Assembly: GCA_051362555.1 (NCBI GenBank)
Contig: CM120648.1
Location: 4,150,587-4,214,586, forward strand
Reading direction: 5' to 3'
DNA: 64,000 bases
DNA from: Lingula anatina
Lineage: Eukaryota > Animalia > Brachiopoda
Shown here: positions 59,187-64,000 of the stretch, piece after piece
Layout: the number at the start of each line of letters is the position of its first letter
How positions within the stretch are numbered: position 1 is the stretch's first letter
Notes under the pieces: model-generated
Told to the model about the DNA's origin: nothing
What the model saw: the letters and a program-made list of their open reading frames with translations, nothing else
Databases searched by the model: none
Made by a program: the position numbers and the translations under genes

Positions 59187-62134
59187 GATTTTGATAAACA
59201 GGATATGATATTTTTGTAGGTAATAACTACATCATAAGATACTAGTTCATTATCTGAAAATATTTTGCCATTTATTTTTTTGCCCATGTAAGAATATAAT
59301 TATAAGTAGTCAATCTCTCAAAGTGTACCAGTACAGAACAGATCAGATGAGTGGGCATACTACTCGATATGAAAAGAACCTTTTAAAATAATTGTTCTGG
59401 GAATGCGGAACAGGATTCGTCCATGTGAACGGCCCTCTCGTCAGGTATAATCTGTTGTAAGTACACAGGTAATTCAGTCACTTCATGGCTGAGCAAATGA
59501 CCCGCTGAGCCTGTAATTTAATAGCACAGAGTTGTCCATTATGGCAGACATTAACAGATGTATTAGGTACAAAAATGCAGCTGAGTGTATTGATCAGAAC
59601 ATGGTTTTAACTGGGAGGAAAGGAGTTAGGAAAAAAAAAATGATTGAAGTGAAAGCATGTGATACTCTGACATTCGGTATAAAAGATAACATTATATATT
59701 GTAGTGGGATGGTGGGTCGGTGTAACACATCGCTAAAATAAAGCCAGAGGCTTAATGATTTAGCGATTAACTGGAAATTTGCCATCTCACAGTCTGTTGT
59801 ACAGTGAATTAATGTACTTAGTACTAGTGCAGTTCACAAGGCTGATACTTTATATCTCACTTGTTATGTCCTATATTATTGGAATAAAACTCATGAATTG
59901 ATTGCTGAGCGAAGTGTACGTTTCAAATGTAATTTGTTTCTCAGAGTGCGAGAGTGTGAGCAAGTGCTTTGTGGTGTACTGTTTTGTGGTTTCATATATT
60001 GTATTCTGTCATTTAATAATAAAAGATATAGAAGGGTGAAAAAAAAAATCTTGGAATGGATTTTGAAGTGCCTTATGCTGAATTAGATTGTATTTATAAC
60101 AGAATGCCATGCTGCAATCAATATCTTCACATGCTGGTACACTTAAGTCAGGGACTGTTCACAATGTATTTTATCGGCCTAGACTAGCTACTACATACAA
60201 ACTCCATGGGGACTCGCACTGAATACAATCAGATTAGTCTAGATTGACACGCCTCTTCTTGTTTCCAGCGTTCTCATGTAATCACCAGCTTTTCTGTGTT
60301 CTACTCACACAATATAAGTATAAGCCAAATGCTTAATTTAGCCTAATTTGACAAAACAAAATGGAAAGTGTTCCTCTATTTTTGTCCAGGTCAGTCACTG
60401 TGTAGTCTGAAAGTGCGGATTGAGTATATTTTTCTTTGAACATATAATGATCTTTGACTTAATAAATAAATGCTAAAACCACACTAGTTTGATTAATTCA
60501 AATTGTTTGCCAAGTTTTCCATTGATCTAGTTCATTTGTAGGATTTTGCTACTACTATTATTATTTCAAAATTTTTTTCCATTTTTCTCTTGGAGTAAAC
60601 CTTGTTTACAAACCCTAACACAGGTTTAATTAAAACTACTCTGTGGGTCTAAATGTCACCGTATTATAAGCAATAATAATCCTTCAGCCACTTACTAGAA
60701 AATTATGAATTTAAATGCATAACTGGGTTCTCTTTAAGGCAAAATATCCTTCTGCTAGTTATCATACTATAGATATAATTTTAGTCAAATCAGCAATTTG
60801 AACTCAATCAAATAAAACCTTACAGTGATTTTGTTCTCTGAAACTGCCAAAGCCTAATAAGTATATTCTCAGCAATCTGAAGTTTATAAAAGGCAGCTTT
60901 CACTTGTTGTGAGATCCGTGTTAATGCCTGCAGTTGGCGTTGTACATTCTTTCTACATTGATGTGCCGTGACATATCCCCAGTGACATTTATGGGGAAGA
61001 TAAAACTGCAGTATAAAGGCATTAAATGACATTAATGTTGTTGACCTGGTTAAGACAGTTTTTACTCTGGTATATTTTATATGTTACACAAACTGCACCC
61101 TGAGGGCAGAGGTAAAAAAAAGATGGTAATCCTGACCGTATATGCTAACTAAATCCTAGATTTGACTAAAATTGGGATGTAACTTAGATAGCGATAGCAA
61201 AAAAGGAGACTTGAGCTTGATAAGTGTCAGAGAGTTTAATAAATAAAAATAAAAGGGTACCTAGATTATAAATAAATGAAACTTGAAGAAGTTATGCATT
61301 AATTAAGATTAATGAGGTTGGTACTGGAAGATATTGTTGTTCACCCTGGTAAGCTAAAGCATAATCTTGTGACTAAAAATTACTTCTGACTGTGTAAATT
61401 GGCCAAATTTAGACTAAAGAAATTGATCATTATTTTCCCATTTATTTACTAAAGGGATTTTAGGTGTCTCTAATGATATTTTGCTCACATTATGAGAAAC
61501 CAGTGGCCTAGATAGAAAATATTCAAGAATTGGCCTCGTTAATTATTCCCGGAGGGGGGTAAGGATGTAAAACAGGCTATATCTTCTAGACACATTTCCC
61601 AAGGCTGAAGTCATGGTTCATTTCCTCACTTGTGCCGTCTTTCACCAAGAGTAAAGAGTTAGTAAAAAAAAATATTTAAAAGAAACAACTGACGTATAAT
61701 GCGAAACCACTATAGAATTTATTTAAAGGGCAGAGATGCATTTTACAAATAATCTCAGTCTTTTAATAGAGCCTTCATGAGCTTAAATTAGAAAAGATTC
61801 CTATAGTGTCAGTGAAATTACCATAATCAAGACAGGGCTTGAAATGTGCTTCAAGAGTCACCTGGGGATAGGAAATTGAGTTTTCCCTATTTCCGATGAA
61901 AGAGAATAAATAGAAGTGATATTAAATATTTTTCCCCAACACTAATTTAATTGACATTGTTGAAAGAAAATTTAAAAACTTGATGCAAATAGATGATTAT
62001 ATGAGAGCCAAAAGATAATTGCTGCTAGCAAAAAAAAAAAAAAAAAGAAAAAAAATTCTTATGTACAGGTGTGTTGCCTGAAGGAAACCGGGAATGGAAA
62101 AATTAACAGGCATGAAAGCATGTTTTATGTGCCA

Positions 62135-62172
<38 letters not shown>

Positions 62173-62478
62173 ATATGTTCAGTGCTAGCATGCATGAGTA
62201 AAAGAGTTATTCAAGATAAGAATAGAACATTTTTTCTCTAGTAACATTGTAATTTATAACACATCTAGGTTTTTGTTTTAGAAAGAATAGAATAGAATTT
62301 GTACTGTCTTCCCGTTTTAGAAACAACTCACCTCTTTATTTATATTTGAATTTGTGCAAAGCATTTTAAACCAAAGTCAGAATTGTCTTTTATCATTAAC
62401 ATTTAGGTGACCAATCCAAAATAATATCGATTTCGTTACAAACATTTATCAAGATATTTTTGCTCTTTTTATTTCCAG

Positions 62479-62584
62479 AGCAAACGATCCACAGTTTTTG
62501 TTCAGGTTCGCTGGTATTATCGGCAATGCGAGGTTCCATACAGTGTGTACCAGCTTTTGGTACAGGACAGGCATACAGAGAACA
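62479..62584 (+). CDS. RERE: RERE-like exon 3 (BAH domain); the gene continues beyond the window
   Basis: TTCCAG|[35 protein letters not shown]|GTAAGT, close to RERE [26 protein letters not shown]. Confidence 0.9.
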
Positions 62585-62615
62585 GTAAGTGTATTGTTTT
62601 TGTGACTATTGTTTA

Positions 62616-62778
62616 TGTACTACTTTGGTACAGTGTCGACTCTGTATACCAGCTTTTGGTACAGTGTCGACTCTGCATACCAGCTTTTGGTACAGTGTCG
62701 ACTCTGTATGTACCAGCTTTTGGTACAGTGTCTATATACCAGCTTTTGGTACAGTGTCTATATACCAGCTTTTGGTAT
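62616..62778 (+). repeat. Intronic minisatellite derived from RERE exon 3
   Basis: TACCAGCTTTTGGTA(CAG) at 62647, 62678, 62711, 62737 and 62763, plus a degenerate first copy; identical to exon nt 62548-62565. Confidence 0.92.
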
Positions 62779-64000
62779 AGGGGAGAAATGCTTAGAATAA
62801 CAAGTTTATCATTGATTTGTTTACATCTGTACATGGTCTCTTTGGTTTCATGTCTTTTTTCAGACTAAATACTAATTCTCCAAATCAACCAGTGAAAATT
62901 TAATAATAAATTTCTACCAAATGAGGAAATATGATGAATGATTTCTTATTTGATTTCAAATTATGTCTAGCAAAAGAACTTTTTTATCCTTTTATAAAAA
63001 TTGGCAATGTCTAGAATGGTGCTCAGTTTATAGGAAGAGCAGTTCAAAATATTTCTGTCTATTGTCTTGTCTTGTATGCTTTGTTACAACCGACACAATC
63101 AGGGCACAACTCATCTGCTGCAATTGAGCTTTTCCAGTCTTCTCAAAGCAGAAAACTACTGCTTTGTTTCAGAGATATAACTGAATAGATGCCCCCAGGC
63201 TTCAACAAGCTGATTGGGATTTTTTTTTACCAAGTGTGAAGATGGCTAACTTTGGCTCAAGAAAAGTGGAAAGCCACTTTGTCACATATTTTGAATTTCA
63301 ACAGTGATTGGTGAAATATGAATAATTTGTTAACTCCCTAAATATTAATAAAAAATTTGGAATTTTGGATAACACATAAATGGTGATTATGAAAACCTAA
63401 GTTCATTCTCTGAGATGGCAAAATCATCAAGCTTTAATGAGTGTTATCATGGATATCTTTTAGCAAGCCATCAATAGAAAACGAAGCAAATTAGTCATGA
63501 GAATTACAGATAATACTGGTAGTCATCCAGGGTTCACAATTCTGGTACTAGTATATGGATATCTCATGTAGACTAGCTGTGTTGAATATTTGATTGAAGT
63601 GTCCACGTGTAAACAACGGTATATATTATTGCTGGTTTCAGCATCGTGCTGCTACGTGTGATGTTTCTCTTTCAGTATTGATCACTTTGTCTTCTCAGGA
63701 ATATAGTGGTTCAATACCTAGGGTTGCCTTTAACCAGAGCCACACATTACTACATAGATAGTCTCAGTGCTTTGTTTACTGGTATTTTGTTGGTTGTTAT
63801 TCTGGTTGTTTGCTACATTTTAGTTCAGGGCACTTAAAATTTATGAGAGATTTTGTTCAAAATGTATGAATATTCATGTAAGAAAATATTTATTTATATA
63901 TTTTTAATAGTTACAGAATTTATTCAACTGAATAATGAGAATTTGTGAAGATTGATTAAGGGGATTAATTAGGTTCTTGGTATTTATTTTTACGCTCCGA

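Noticed and set aside
62616-62778. CRISPR-like array (palindromic repeats with spacers)
   Set aside because: The linkers are 8-15 nt and near-identical, there are no cas genes, it lies in a eukaryotic intron, and the unit derives from the adjacent exon.

Overview
AT-rich, intron-containing animal DNA, probably an invertebrate (lophotrochozoan-like by gene and repeat content; this is inference). It is not prokaryotic. Genes: the last 11 coding exons of TTI1 (+); two intronless, divergently oriented paralogous class A GPCRs, the second with a recent in-frame 99-aa tandem duplication in ICL3 and an altered NPxxY; a stand-alone DZIP3-type HEPN ORF (-); a 1716-aa uninterrupted, probably disordered ORF (-); and the first three coding exons (BAH domain) of RERE/atrophin (+). 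Introns and intergenic DNA hold many nested non-autonomous DNA transposons (Helentron/HINE-, Tc1/pogo-, piggyBac-, hAT/P-, Harbinger- and Kolobok-like). The most unusual signal is the HEPN locus, whose RxxxxH-coding segment is immediately followed by its own 171-bp inverted copy. The mRNA would fold into a long dsRNA hairpin over the predicted active site, a candidate self-silencing RNase system. A second oddity is an intronic minisatellite copied from the adjacent RERE exon.
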